Shown here: positions 1-10,462 of the stretch, piece after piece
Position numbering within the stretch: position 1 is the stretch's first letter
How the letters are laid out: the number at the start of each line of letters is the position of its first letter
From: Erysipelotrichaceae bacterium
GTDB taxonomy: Bacteria > Bacillota_I > Bacilli_A > RFN20 > CAG-826
Length of the DNA stretch: 34,606 nucleotides
Assembly (NCBI GenBank): GCA_012518415.1
Contig: JAAYSH010000037.1
Coordinates: 1 to 34,606, forward strand
Reading direction: 5' to 3'
Notes under the pieces: model-generated
What the model was told of the DNA's origin: nothing
Database searches by the model: none
The model's input: only the letters and a program-made list of their open reading frames with translations
Program-made: the position numbers and the translations under genes

Positions 1-64
1 ACTGTTCCCAAGGGTCAGTAAATCCTTTGAACCGAATTGAAGGTTTTAATGCCTTTTTTGCCAT
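1..64 (-). CDS. hsdS: Type I R-M specificity subunit, 5' fragment (runs off the window)
   Basis: Not in the ORF track. The minus strand from ATG at 64 reads MAKKALKPSIRFKGFTDPWEQ, the typical HsdS N-terminal P-x-IRFxGF-x-x-x-WEQ motif. It starts 1 nt after the hsdM stop, with SD AAGAGG upstream. Confidence 0.88.
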   Translation of the reverse strand, partial: MAKKALKPSIRFKGFTDPWEQ

Positions 65-65
65 A

Positions 66-2822
66 TTAATTACCTCTTAGGAGTTTTTTGAACTCCTCGA
101 GCCCTTTCATGTCAAAATCATCGCCTTCGAGTTCATCGAGCATGGCCGCTAATTCAGATTCTGTATCAGCAATTTCATTATAGATATCACTTAAAGTTGC
201 TTCATATTTTAAGGACAGCATTTCAATTTGCTTAGATAATTCATCAACTAAATTATTAGGTAACATATATAGTTCATCGATCAAAGGAGTAATCCACTTT
301 TGTTTTAACAAATATAGGGCTCTTTCATCACTTAAAGATTTGATCATTTCTTGTGTATCTAAATCAATTTGTACAGTTTTTTCCTTAATATCAGCCTTAA
401 TACTCTTTTCATTATCTAACAATTTTTTTGCTTTGATAACATAATAAGGATACGTATTTTCCTCAAACTGATACTCATTAATAATTCGATTTATTTCTCT
501 AGTAACATTAGTTTTGCCAGGGGTTCCGTCACTATTTTTGACTATGTTCTCCCAGTTTTCAATATGATTTTTTTCAACAAACTCAAGTTTTTCTGCTTTT
601 TTTGCACCTGAATCATACAAAATCAAGTAGTTGTTAAGAACATCAAGTTCTGGGGATTCAATTTCTAATTTAAGACAATTTATTTCTTTATTTAACTCAG
701 TTACATTGAACTTAGTATAATCTTCTGAAATAAAACTCTTTTCTCTGTCATCTTCATCAAATTGTTCTATTAAATCAGTAATTTCTGTTCCGACTTCCTT
801 TAGTTCTTCTTCTAAGGCCGCAATTTCATTTACTTGCTCGCTTAACTCTTCTTGCTGAACTAATGTGAAAGGGAGCACTCTACCTTGCCATCCGTCTTGA
901 ACCTCATCGTTATTTTTATAGATCATTTTGGGATCAACTTTTTTGAGCGATTCAAAGCCTTCCTCTTGGATAATTTCTAAATCATTTGCAATCTCATACC
1001 ATCTCTCTGCAAATATTTGAAACGCGTCATATTTATCAATTAAATTAATGTTTTCAAAACGTCTAAATATTTCATCAGAAACTTTTATTTCGGTCCCTGC
1101 AATATTTATACTCATCGCTGAATCGATAAGATTTTCTTCTAAGAACTCGTCAAAATCATCAAAACTTTGTCTATAGTTATCATTGAAGTTGTTGATGTCA
1201 TCATTTTCATTAATTAGACTTTTAATATCTTTGGCTTTTAAAGAAACATAATTTTCATTAATTTCTTCAAATAATGCTCTTTTTAGGCTTGGAAATTCTT
1301 TCCAATATTGTTTAAGTTCGTTTACCTCTTGTTTTGGTATTCCGCCAAACATTAAGGAATAAATATCGTAAGTTTCCTTTTTGGTGCCTGAGTCAATATA
1401 ACGCGAAATATTTAGGTTATATTCATTTTCTCTAATTTTATCCAAAGAAACTAGTCTAGAGAAGTTTTCGATTTCCGCTCGATTTATAACTGTATCTGCG
1501 ATTCTTTTAATATCGCTTTCTCGTAATTTATTCTTATTGCCAGATTTAACAAAGTTTTTCGAAGCATCGATAAAATGAATATGATGTTCATCTTCTTCAA
1601 ATTCACCCTTTTTAAGAATCATAATGATTGTTGGAATGCCTGTCCCAAAGAAAATATTAGCAGGAAGGCCAATAACGGTTCGAATATTTCCGCGTTCTAC
1701 AAGGTTTTTTCTAATTTTTTGTTCTTCGCCACCTCTAAAAAGTACCCCGTGCGGTAAAACAATCGTAACAATTCCATCCGGCTTAATATGATATAAATCA
1801 TGTAATAAGAAAGCGTAGTCTGCCTTCGATTTAGGCGCGATTCCGTATTCAACGAATCGACTGTTGTTTATATTGTTTTTTGGCTCCCATTTAGCTGAAT
1901 AAGGCGGATTTGAAACAACCGCATCAACAAATACTGGCTCATATGTTCCTGCTGGATCTTCCTCATCAAAATATGGCCAATCTTCTGCTAGAGTATCACC
2001 TTGGCGTGCTTCGATGTTACTAACATTTATGCCTCGCATAATAAGGTTCATTCTTGTTAAGTTATATGTATTAGGTTCCAATTCTTGGGCATAATATTTG
2101 ATTTTATCCCGATCCTTCATTTGCCTTGAAACACTTTTACCAATGTTAATTAATAATGATCCTGATCCGCTTGTTGGATCATAAATTTTTATCTCATCTT
2201 TATCACGCAAGTGATGGGCTACTATTTCACTCATTAAAATTGATACTTCATTAGGAGTATAAAATTCTCCTGCTTTTTTTCCAGCATTAGCTGCAAAGTT
2301 ATGGATTAAATATTCATAAATAAATCCGAGCACATCATAATCATTACTACTTGTTGGAATATCTTTAATTAAATGGATTAAATCTCTGATTGCTTTTGAT
2401 TGTGCACTAGAAGTATCGCCTAATTTTGATAAACCAGTTTGAAGTGTTGAAAATATGTTTTTAAATAATTTCACATAGTTTCGATTATAAGTTCGATCGA
2501 ATGCACTTAAAGCATCCCTAACATCTGCTACTTGAAAATCAATTCCTTTATCGATCCATGATGAGAACAAATGTTCGTATGAAATAAAGTAACCGAGATT
2601 TTCCCTAATAAAATTAAATACATCTTTATTACTTTCTTCAACAGTTACAAGTTCTTCATCTTTCATTCCTGCTTTTATAGTTAAAAACTCAACTTCTTTA
2701 TCAGATAGAAATTTATAAAATATAAGTCCTAATATATAGTCCTTATATTCGCTTGCGTCGATCTTCGATCTCATTTTATTAGCAGATTCCCAAATTTTTG
2801 CTGCTAATTGTTGTTTGGTCAT
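66..2822 (-). CDS. hsdM: Type I R-M N6-adenine methyltransferase subunit, long form with C-terminal extension (918 aa)
   Basis: N-terminal HsdM domain (IWESANKMR..YKDYILGLIFYKFLS), GEFYTP, motif I DPTSGSGSLL, motif IV NPPY, VLPHGVLFRG, NLNISRY. SD AGGAGG. Followed by hsdS. Confidence 0.96.
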   Translation of the reverse strand: MTKQQLAAKIWESANKMRSKIDASEYKDYILGLIFYKFLSDKEVEFLTIKAGMKDEELVTVEESNKDVFNFIRENLGYFISYEHLFSSWIDKGIDFQVADVRDALSAFDRTYNRNYVKLFKNIFSTLQTGLSKLGDTSSAQSKAIRDLIHLIKDIPTSSNDYDVLGFIYEYLIHNFAANAGKKAGEFYTPNEVSILMSEIVAHHLRDKDEIKIYDPTSGSGSLLINIGKSVSRQMKDRDKIKYYAQELEPNTYNLTRMNLIMRGINVSNIEARQGDTLAEDWPYFDEEDPAGTYEPVFVDAVVSNPPYSAKWEPKNNINNSRFVEYGIAPKSKADYAFLLHDLYHIKPDGIVTIVLPHGVLFRGGEEQKIRKNLVERGNIRTVIGLPANIFFGTGIPTIIMILKKGEFEEDEHHIHFIDASKNFVKSGNKNKLRESDIKRIADTVINRAEIENFSRLVSLDKIRENEYNLNISRYIDSGTKKETYDIYSLMFGGIPKQEVNELKQYWKEFPSLKRALFEEINENYVSLKAKDIKSLINENDDINNFNDNYRQSFDDFDEFLEENLIDSAMSINIAGTEIKVSDEIFRRFENINLIDKYDAFQIFAERWYEIANDLEIIQEEGFESLKKVDPKMIYKNNDEVQDGWQGRVLPFTLVQQEELSEQVNEIAALEEELKEVGTEITDLIEQFDEDDREKSFISEDYTKFNVTELNKEINCLKLEIESPELDVLNNYLILYDSGAKKAEKLEFVEKNHIENWENIVKNSDGTPGKTNVTREINRIINEYQFEENTYPYYVIKAKKLLDNEKSIKADIKEKTVQIDLDTQEMIKSLSDERALYLLKQKWITPLIDELYMLPNNLVDELSKQIEMLSLKYEATLSDIYNEIADTESELAAMLDELEGDDFDMKGLEEFKKLLRGN

Positions 2823-2872
2823 TATTTTTCCTCCTAATAAACCTTATTTTGTTTATCTTACTTAATACTTAG

Positions 2873-2881
2873 ATTATATCA
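2873..2881 (-). promoter_or_regulatory. Extended -10 promoter (TG-A-TATAAT) for hsdM
   Basis: Minus strand reads TGATATAAT about 50 nt upstream of the hsdM ATG. No clear -35. Confidence 0.55.
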
Positions 2882-2975
2882 TTTTATTTGTTATTTATTG
2901 CTAAAAACCACTTAAAAGAGTAAGACATTACAAAAAATTATGGTTATCGTTAAAATTATATATACAATTATATTT

Positions 2976-4409
2976 TTAAACAATGCTTTTATATAACTTT
3001 AAATAAGACTGCGCAGAGCGACTCCAAGTAAAGTCGCTTTTCATTGCATTTAATTGAAGCTTCTGCAAAAGTGGCTTGTTTTCATATGTATCTAGCGCTA
3101 AATCAGTTTGTTTTTCGATTTCGCTAACATCATAGTCAAAGAAACCAAACCCATTCGCCTTCTTAACATTACTACCATCATAGCCAATAATTGTATCTTT
3201 TAAACCTCCAGTATAGCGAACAATTGGTAACGTCCCATATCTACAGGCGATCATTTGACCAATACCACAGGGCTCAAATAAAGATGGCATAAAGAAGAAA
3301 TCCGCTCCTGCGTAAATTAAATGAGCGAGTTCATTCGAATAACCGATATATATACCAACTTGGCCGGGGAATTCGTTAATTAAATTATTAAGCATTTGTT
3401 CAACTTCATACTCCCCGCTACCTAGAGCAATAAAATAACCGCCTCTTCTAAGTGCCTTTCTTGCCCCAGCAATAATTAAATCAACTCCTTTTTGCCAAGT
3501 GAGTCTTGTAACAATTGCAAAGATCGGTGCATCACTAATGGGTAGATTAAACCGCTTTAATAGCGCATCATGGTTTTCGACCTTATTTTGTTTAAAGTCA
3601 GTTTTGCTGTAGTTTTTTGCGATTAATGGGTCTTTGCTTGGGTCAAACTCTTCATAATCAATCCCGTTAAGAATGCCGCTAAAATCATCTTTTCTTGAAA
3701 GAATGACATGTTCTAGTCCCTTTGCACCTTCTTTAGTTTGTAGTTCTAAAGCATGTGTCGGGGAGACAGTTGTTAGTTTATCCGCTGCATAAATGCCTGC
3801 TTTTAAACTACTAACCGAATCATAAAACTTAAAATGATAGTTATCTAATAGTTCGTAGGTTAAATGATAAAATTCCTGCGCTCTAAATACATCAAGCACT
3901 CCTTGAAAGGCGGGGTTATGAATTGTAAGTACCGTTTTCGTATTTTTATAAAAATCAACGTATTCACCATTATGTTTAATAAGTAACGGAAGCATGCCAA
4001 CTTGCCAATCATGAAGATGAATTAGATCAAGTTTGATATTTAGTTGCTTAAATAATTCAACACTTGCTCTTGTAAAAAAGGCGAAGCGTTCATCATCATC
4101 ACCATATGAATATAAACTTTCCCGGCCAAAATAAAACTCATTATCAATAAAATAAAAGGTAATTCCTTCGTGGTTAAGTTTATAAACATCAGCGTCTTGA
4201 TAGCGCCAGCCAAGGCGAAGTGAAATTTTGCGAACAAACTCAACCTTTAAATTAGGATGTTTTATTTTAATAAGTCGGTAGTAAGGAAGAACGATATATA
4301 CTTCTTCTTTCATTTTGACTAGTTCACGGCTTAGCGCATAAACAACGTCAGCAAGTCCACCTGTTTTTGCAAATGGATTTGATTCGCTAGTAATCATGGC
4401 AATTTTCAT
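2976..4409 (-). CDS. glgA: Glycogen synthase (GT5)
   Basis: KTGGLADV, HLHDWQ, TIHNPAFQG, RLTWQKG, PSLFEPCG. ATGA overlap with glgD. Confidence 0.96.
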   Translation of the reverse strand: MKIAMITSESNPFAKTGGLADVVYALSRELVKMKEEVYIVLPYYRLIKIKHPNLKVEFVRKISLRLGWRYQDADVYKLNHEGITFYFIDNEFYFGRESLYSYGDDDERFAFFTRASVELFKQLNIKLDLIHLHDWQVGMLPLLIKHNGEYVDFYKNTKTVLTIHNPAFQGVLDVFRAQEFYHLTYELLDNYHFKFYDSVSSLKAGIYAADKLTTVSPTHALELQTKEGAKGLEHVILSRKDDFSGILNGIDYEEFDPSKDPLIAKNYSKTDFKQNKVENHDALLKRFNLPISDAPIFAIVTRLTWQKGVDLIIAGARKALRRGGYFIALGSGEYEVEQMLNNLINEFPGQVGIYIGYSNELAHLIYAGADFFFMPSLFEPCGIGQMIACRYGTLPIVRYTGGLKDTIIGYDGSNVKKANGFGFFDYDVSEIEKQTDLALDTYENKPLLQKLQLNAMKSDFTWSRSAQSYLKLYKSIV

Positions 4410-5527
4410 ACTTCATCTCCTTGATCAATGTAAATTGGTGTTTTTTCATTAGACACAAGTTTTTTTGTATGAATGACTTTCGCCCGTTTATCAACGATTA
4501 CATTATTTAAATGCACATCAGGACCAATATATGAGTTTGAAAAGATAATTGAATTTTCAATAACTGCGCCTTTTTCGACCGTAACGTTACGAGAAATAAC
4601 CGAGCCTCTTACTTTACCAGCGATATATGCCCCATTAGCAACAAACGCATTTTGAACATCGGCGCTTTCTTCATATTGAGCGGGCGGAGTATCATGAGTT
4701 ACTGTATAAATTGGCCAGTCACTTTGAAATAATTGTTTTCTTGTCCGATAATTTAGCATCTCTAGTGAGGCCGCCTTGAAGTTTTCCATTGTATCGATAT
4801 AGCGAATAAAGCCTTTATACTCATATGTATGAATTACTTCATCTTTACCAACACTATAAAGTAAGTAATCATGAAGTCCAAACAGTGATGAAATTGCTTG
4901 TGACTTATCCATAATTTCTATTAACTTTGTTCGATTAATAATAAATGATTGGAGTGAAATATTCGCCTTATTAGACGTACCTTTATTTTCGATTAGTTCG
5001 ACTACTTCATTTTTATCGTTCAACTTAACAATTGAAGAGCCAATAAATGAGGTTTTTGCATTATCAACTTCTGAATAAATAAGAGTAATTTCCGCCTCAT
5101 TGGCGATATGTTCCTTTAAAACATCACGGTAATCAATTCGGGTAATAAAATGAGCGGGTGCAAATACGATATAATCGGCACTGCTGCGGTCAAGGACATA
5201 CATATTCGCGCGAATATTCGCAAAATCTGTATTATAGCGCTCACTACCACCAGAAGCAGCTTCATTAAACATTACCGTTTCATAACCAATCTTTGTATTT
5301 ACATTAAATGTATTACGTGAGCCTAAGTGTTTATTAACTGAGCGTTGATGCTTTTTAACTAAAATACCAATTTGATCGATGCCTGAGTTAACAAAATTTG
5401 ATAAAGGAAAGTCCATTAGGGCATAGCGACCTAAAAATGACAGTGTCGCCATTGGGCGCTCTTTCGTTAATGGTCCAATTTCAGGTGAATAGTGTAAATT
5501 TAAAAATCCAAATAATTTCTTATTCAT
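4406..5527 (-). CDS. glgD: Glucose-1-phosphate adenylyltransferase non-catalytic subunit
   Basis: LTKERPMATLSFLGRYALMDFPLSN, no GGxGxR motif, C-terminal hexapeptide beta-helix repeats, located between glgC and glgA. SD AAGGAGG spacing favours ATG 5527 over 5533. Confidence 0.92.
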   Translation of the reverse strand: MNKKLFGFLNLHYSPEIGPLTKERPMATLSFLGRYALMDFPLSNFVNSGIDQIGILVKKHQRSVNKHLGSRNTFNVNTKIGYETVMFNEAASGGSERYNTDFANIRANMYVLDRSSADYIVFAPAHFITRIDYRDVLKEHIANEAEITLIYSEVDNAKTSFIGSSIVKLNDKNEVVELIENKGTSNKANISLQSFIINRTKLIEIMDKSQAISSLFGLHDYLLYSVGKDEVIHTYEYKGFIRYIDTMENFKAASLEMLNYRTRKQLFQSDWPIYTVTHDTPPAQYEESADVQNAFVANGAYIAGKVRGSVISRNVTVEKGAVIENSIIFSNSYIGPDVHLNNVIVDKRAKVIHTKKLVSNEKTPIYIDQGDEV

Positions 5528-5538
5528 AATCATCCTCC

Positions 5539-6660
5539 TTAAATAGCAACAAGTTTAATATCATCGGGGGTACCGATAATTTTTGTTCCTTCTTTAATAA
5601 CTTGTTCCGGTCCAACAACGGCATAAGCAATTTCACAGTTTTTCTCAATAATAACATTGGGCATAATAACCGAATGCGTAACATGAGAATCTCCGTGGAC
5701 TTCTACTTCATTAAAGATAATTGAGTTACTAACTTCGCCTAAAATTATCGCGCCCTGGTTTGTAACGCTGTCTTTAATTCGTGCTTCTTTACCAATGTAC
5801 TGCGGTAAAGAGTTTGTATCTTCAGTATAAATTGGTTTACCTAAAATACCTTTTTCTTTTTTAACGGAGCCAATTTCATCAACGATATCCATGGAAGCGC
5901 GCCAATACGATGAGATTGTTCCAACATCTTTCCAATACCCATCAAATACATAAGCATAAATTTTGTCATTAGCTTTTAGTAAGGAAGGAATAATATTTTT
6001 ACCAAAGTCATGACTACTATTAGGATCGCGTGCATCTTCCATTAACGCTTCGCGAAGTCGCTTATAATTGAAAATATATATTCCCATTGAAGCAAGTGTT
6101 GACTTCGGTTTTGCAGGTTTTTCTTCAAAATCAATTACATAACCGTCTTCATTTGTAATCATAATTCCAAATCTTGATGCCTCTTCAAGTGAAACATCTA
6201 AGACGGCGATTGTTAGAGCGGCATCATTTTCAATATGGGCATTAAGCATTAGTTCATAGTCCATATGGTAAATATGGTCGCCTGATAAGATTAAGACATA
6301 CGCTGGGTCTTTTTCATCTAACCATTCTAAGTTTTGATAAATCGCATCCGCGGTTCCGGCATACCACGCTTGACCTTGGTCGGTTTGTCTTGGTGTTAGA
6401 GTTGCAGTTAGCGACCTAACTCCGTTTAACCCCCACTTTTCACCGTTACCGATATACGTATTTAAAAACGTTGATTCATATTGGGTTAAGACGCCAACGA
6501 TGTTAACGTTCGAGTTCGCACAGTTTGATAAGGTGTAATCGATAATTCGATATTTACCTCCAAACGAAATACCTGGTTTCGCATTTTTATGCGTTAAAGC
6601 AAGTAACCGCGACCCCTTACCGCCTGCAAGAATCATGCCAACTATTTTAGTTTTTGCCAT
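5539..6660 (-). CDS. glgC: Glucose-1-phosphate adenylyltransferase (ADP-glucose pyrophosphorylase)
   Basis: ILAGGKGSRL, AKPGISFGGKYRIID, GTADAIYQN, SGDHIY, FEEKP, YWKDVGT. SD GGGAGGAG. Confidence 0.96.
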   Translation of the reverse strand: MAKTKIVGMILAGGKGSRLLALTHKNAKPGISFGGKYRIIDYTLSNCANSNVNIVGVLTQYESTFLNTYIGNGEKWGLNGVRSLTATLTPRQTDQGQAWYAGTADAIYQNLEWLDEKDPAYVLILSGDHIYHMDYELMLNAHIENDAALTIAVLDVSLEEASRFGIMITNEDGYVIDFEEKPAKPKSTLASMGIYIFNYKRLREALMEDARDPNSSHDFGKNIIPSLLKANDKIYAYVFDGYWKDVGTISSYWRASMDIVDEIGSVKKEKGILGKPIYTEDTNSLPQYIGKEARIKDSVTNQGAIILGEVSNSIIFNEVEVHGDSHVTHSVIMPNVIIEKNCEIAYAVVGPEQVIKEGTKIIGTPDDIKLVAI

Positions 6661-7081
6661 AATACTCCTCCCTTGAATTATATTATTATGTTGTCATCTA
6701 TTGCTTACAATTATTTAAAATATTATTTCATCGGCTAAATTGCTCTTAGTCATTATAATCATCACTTTTTGAAAGGAGATTTTTTTAGCTTTGCAATATT
6801 TACTAGCAACTTTCGCAAAAGTTAATATTTTCACTTTCCAAACAAATTATTAGTGCTTTTACTTCTACTATTAGTTTACTACGTAATCAGCTAAATTTAA
6901 TGTCATTAACCTTCAAATCACTTAACTTTTTTTTAAAACATAAAATAACTGCGTTTTTTTCTAACAGTGTTTGAAAAACTTAATTTTTTATCCTGACTTA
7001 GAAGATAAATTATTCAAATACAGCAATAAAACTAAAAATATTCACTAAATCTCACGGTAACAACATGTGATGCTCATAATT

Positions 7082-10000
7082 TTAATTTAAAACAAGCTTA
7101 TCTTCTTCTGCATATAAGCGAACATGGGAAGCGTTCCGGCCACGTAAGACAACAAGTGTTTCATCAACGTGTTCACTAATATCAGCGATTTTATCACTTG
7201 GGGCTGATACAATTGCTTGTAAGTTAAACTTTCTTAGTAACTTAATTGATTCACGGATTCGTCCACTGTCCATTTTTGAAAACGCTTCGTCAAAAATAAT
7301 TAAGCGGACCGTGTCCCCAAGTGTTCCTGTTTCATTAACGTGATATAGTTGGGCAAATGAAGCGAGGACGGAGATATAAAATGGTGTTTGCGTTTCTCCA
7401 CCTGATTTTTTCTTAATCATTTTTGATAGACGCTGCGAGCGACCTTCTTTATCTTTAACAACAAGATCAAAGTCTAAATAAGAACGATAATCGGTTAGTC
7501 GTTCAACATTTTTAAGGACTGCTGCACTTGTTTCTTCTTCATTACCAGAAACGATTTGGGCAAATAGTTCTTTCATTAAATTATCGTATTTTTCTAAGAA
7601 TCTTGTATCATCTTCATCAATTTCTAATAATAAATCATCAGTAATCATCTCATAATACGGTAAGTATGTTGATGAGGGTCTCACACTAAATTGGTAAGAG
7701 TCACTACCAAATGTTGAGGCACTTAGTGCATAGTTTAAATCTTCGATTTGATCTTCAACTGTTTCAATCGCTCCCCGAAGTTTAGCGATAAAGTCAGTTC
7801 TAAATTGATGGACAGCTTTAGAGTAAGCGTCATTAATTTTACCTTCATATTCAGGTAGTTTAACTTCGGAAAAGTCACTAAGTTCATCATCATAAATCTC
7901 ATTATCACTCTTATCAATATCGTATGTAAGCCGGTATTCGCGGACATAGTCACGGCGCTCTTTTTGGAGTGTTGAAAAAAGATTATTAACTAAGTACTGC
8001 GAATGCGTAACTTTGACGTTATATTCAGTAATAATTTCTAACGGTGATTTCCCGGCTTCGATTAACTCATTAAATGCTGGTTCAGCGACTTCAGCAATTA
8101 AAAACGGATCATATAGGGAGTTAATTCTTGTTTCGCGCTCATGAATGAGTTTTTCTTCGGCGGGAATTTTTTCTTCACGTAAGTTTGCAACAAGGTTCGT
8201 TAACTTACCTTTTTCTTCAAAGTATGTATTTTGACTTTGCTGCATTGCTGCAATATCTTCATCGATATCATCGATGCGCTTTTGCAGTGAATCTAGCTGC
8301 GCGGTATCATATTTTTCTAACTCTTCTTCTAAATAAGCGATATTTTTCTCAAGACCGCTGATCTTTTTAATATTTTCTAGAGAAACAATTGTTGCCGCGA
8401 TTTCGTTAGAGTTAATAATTTCTAACCGGTTACCTTCATCAATTGGGCGGGAAAGTGCGGTTAATTTATTATTTAGCGAGACGAGATTAGCAATTTCTTT
8501 TTCTTTTGCTTGAAGTTGCTCTTCACCAATTGAACGGCCAATAAAATGTTCAGCATAAAGTCTTGGGTTAAGTTTGCCAAACCCAAAGTTACGGTATAAA
8601 TCACCGTCTTTTGTGATCCCGTTACCGGAATTTCTTGCTGCTTGAATATTACTTGCTTTATGGAGCCGGCCTATGAGGAAGTTCGTGTAGGCTCTTGCAC
8701 CTTCATGGTTAGTAATAATCTCCGTTGCAAGCGAATTATGTTCAGCGACATAACCACGTTCGATAATTCTTGAATCATCGACTAAAGTCGTACCGTAGTA
8801 GTTTTCTTTATCAAGTAAGTTACGAAGTATTTCATAAGCTTCAAGATAATAAGTTGGATCAACGAATAAATTGAATTTTTGATTATGTAAAAATCCTTCA
8901 ATCGCATTCGCCCACTCTTCACTTTTAATATCGACTAAGTCAGCATATATGTCGACTTTAATATCTTTATTATGGCGGCGTGATAGTTCATCTTCAAGCG
9001 CACGCCGAATCGACGTTAATTTCCACTGGTATGATTTGCCGCCTTGTTTCATATCAATTAATTGCTGGCGTAGCAGGGCAAGTTTTTGCGAATTCTCGTT
9101 AATACTTTGACCAAGTGTTAAAGCGAATTTTGCTAGTGAGTCTTTAAATTTAACTAAACTATCGCGCCAGTTATGGAGTGATTCGCTCGAAAGTGAAAAC
9201 AAATCTTTTAACCCCTGGTCACGGAGCGCAAGACTTAAATTTAGGACCTCCGTTGCTTGATCTTGAAGTTCATCAAGTAAAGTAACATTTGCCCGAGAAA
9301 AAATTGAAACATCAACTTTACGTAATTCATCACTTAAAGACTGGGTAACTGCACTAAAAGATGCGATATAACGCGTTAAGTTACTTTGAATTAAGTCAGC
9401 TTCTTTATTAAGTGCATCTAAGTCTTTTTGCGCAGTTTCTTTTTGTTCGAGTAATTCATCGCGGAGCCGATATGTATCTGACATCGCTTTATCTTGAATT
9501 AAGCGCATTTTCTTGCGGTTTAATTCTTGAATATTAGTCTCTGCTTCTTTAACGTCATCATCGATTAAAGCAAGCCGCGCATTCGCTTGTTCAACTTCTT
9601 TTTTATAAGCTTCAAGCCGCTTTAAATCATTCGCATAGCCCGCTTTTTCAACGATATATGAGTTAACTTGCATATTATTATTTTCGCTAACATAGCGGTT
9701 ATGAATATCTTTGATTTTTTCGAGTCTTTCTACACGTTTACGCATATGTTGAGCTTCAACTTCAAGTTTACGGTACTGCATAATATTTTCTTGCATCGGG
9801 GCAATATCAATATTATCTTGCGGATCACAAACATATTCAGTAATAAATGTCGTAATATCAGTAATTGGTGAAAAAGAAACTGATTTCTTTAAAAGTGAGA
9901 AATACTTGTCTTTTAGTCCGCCGAATTGCCGTTTTAAAAATGATTGATACTGACGGTTAGAATCAAAGAAATTAAATTTATTTGGATAATGTTCACCTAA

Positions 10001-10462
10001 GTACTTATTAAGTGTTTTATAATCCATCGGAATATTATTTAAAATAAATTCGTTTTCCGGCATCGTGTCTTCTAAAACAAAGAAGCGATGTTCATGGGAA
10101 CCATCTTCATAAGAGTCAAATACTCCGCCTAAAACAAAATATGTATCATCAAGTGTATTTTTAAATTCAAGGGCAATATAACTTGTAAACCGACCGTTGC
10201 GTAAATAGTGGAAGCCGCCATCAACCGCATCACCTAGTTCACCACGAAGATAACCGCGTAATGTTCGGTTTGATTTATCCATCGCTGCTTTATTAAAGAA
10301 GCGACCACTTGTATCACCAAGCAAAACAACTTGAAGGGCGTCGATTAAAGTCGACTTACCCGAGGCGTTTAATCCAGTCAGGAAGTTTATTTGTTGGAAA
10401 TCAATCGTTTCATTCCAAAAATAATGCCAGTTGATTATTTTCATTTTTGTTAATAGTTTCAT
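7082..10462 (-). CDS. jetC: SMC-family ATPase, Wadjet JetC / MksB type (1126 aa)
   Basis: Walker A GLNASGKST, FNKAA..RTLRGYLRG, long coiled coils, signature KSGGETQTPFY, Walker B/D-loop LIIFDEAFSKMD. ATGA-coupled to the upstream gene. Confidence 0.9.
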   Translation of the reverse strand: MKLLTKMKIINWHYFWNETIDFQQINFLTGLNASGKSTLIDALQVVLLGDTSGRFFNKAAMDKSNRTLRGYLRGELGDAVDGGFHYLRNGRFTSYIALEFKNTLDDTYFVLGGVFDSYEDGSHEHRFFVLEDTMPENEFILNNIPMDYKTLNKYLGEHYPNKFNFFDSNRQYQSFLKRQFGGLKDKYFSLLKKSVSFSPITDITTFITEYVCDPQDNIDIAPMQENIMQYRKLEVEAQHMRKRVERLEKIKDIHNRYVSENNNMQVNSYIVEKAGYANDLKRLEAYKKEVEQANARLALIDDDVKEAETNIQELNRKKMRLIQDKAMSDTYRLRDELLEQKETAQKDLDALNKEADLIQSNLTRYIASFSAVTQSLSDELRKVDVSIFSRANVTLLDELQDQATEVLNLSLALRDQGLKDLFSLSSESLHNWRDSLVKFKDSLAKFALTLGQSINENSQKLALLRQQLIDMKQGGKSYQWKLTSIRRALEDELSRRHNKDIKVDIYADLVDIKSEEWANAIEGFLHNQKFNLFVDPTYYLEAYEILRNLLDKENYYGTTLVDDSRIIERGYVAEHNSLATEIITNHEGARAYTNFLIGRLHKASNIQAARNSGNGITKDGDLYRNFGFGKLNPRLYAEHFIGRSIGEEQLQAKEKEIANLVSLNNKLTALSRPIDEGNRLEIINSNEIAATIVSLENIKKISGLEKNIAYLEEELEKYDTAQLDSLQKRIDDIDEDIAAMQQSQNTYFEEKGKLTNLVANLREEKIPAEEKLIHERETRINSLYDPFLIAEVAEPAFNELIEAGKSPLEIITEYNVKVTHSQYLVNNLFSTLQKERRDYVREYRLTYDIDKSDNEIYDDELSDFSEVKLPEYEGKINDAYSKAVHQFRTDFIAKLRGAIETVEDQIEDLNYALSASTFGSDSYQFSVRPSSTYLPYYEMITDDLLLEIDEDDTRFLEKYDNLMKELFAQIVSGNEEETSAAVLKNVERLTDYRSYLDFDLVVKDKEGRSQRLSKMIKKKSGGETQTPFYISVLASFAQLYHVNETGTLGDTVRLIIFDEAFSKMDSGRIRESIKLLRKFNLQAIVSAPSDKIADISEHVDETLVVLRGRNASHVRLYAEEDKLVLN

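Noticed and set aside
6697-6711. Possible CcpA cre site upstream of glgC (TGTAAGCAATAGAT)
   Set aside because: Lacks the central CG and terminal CA. Better explained as a -35-like TTGTAA.
6661-7081. Possible jetD remnant after jetC
   Set aside because: Only a 10-codon minus-strand frame (MSITCCYREI) follows jetC, the interval is far too short, and no Toprim motif is visible.
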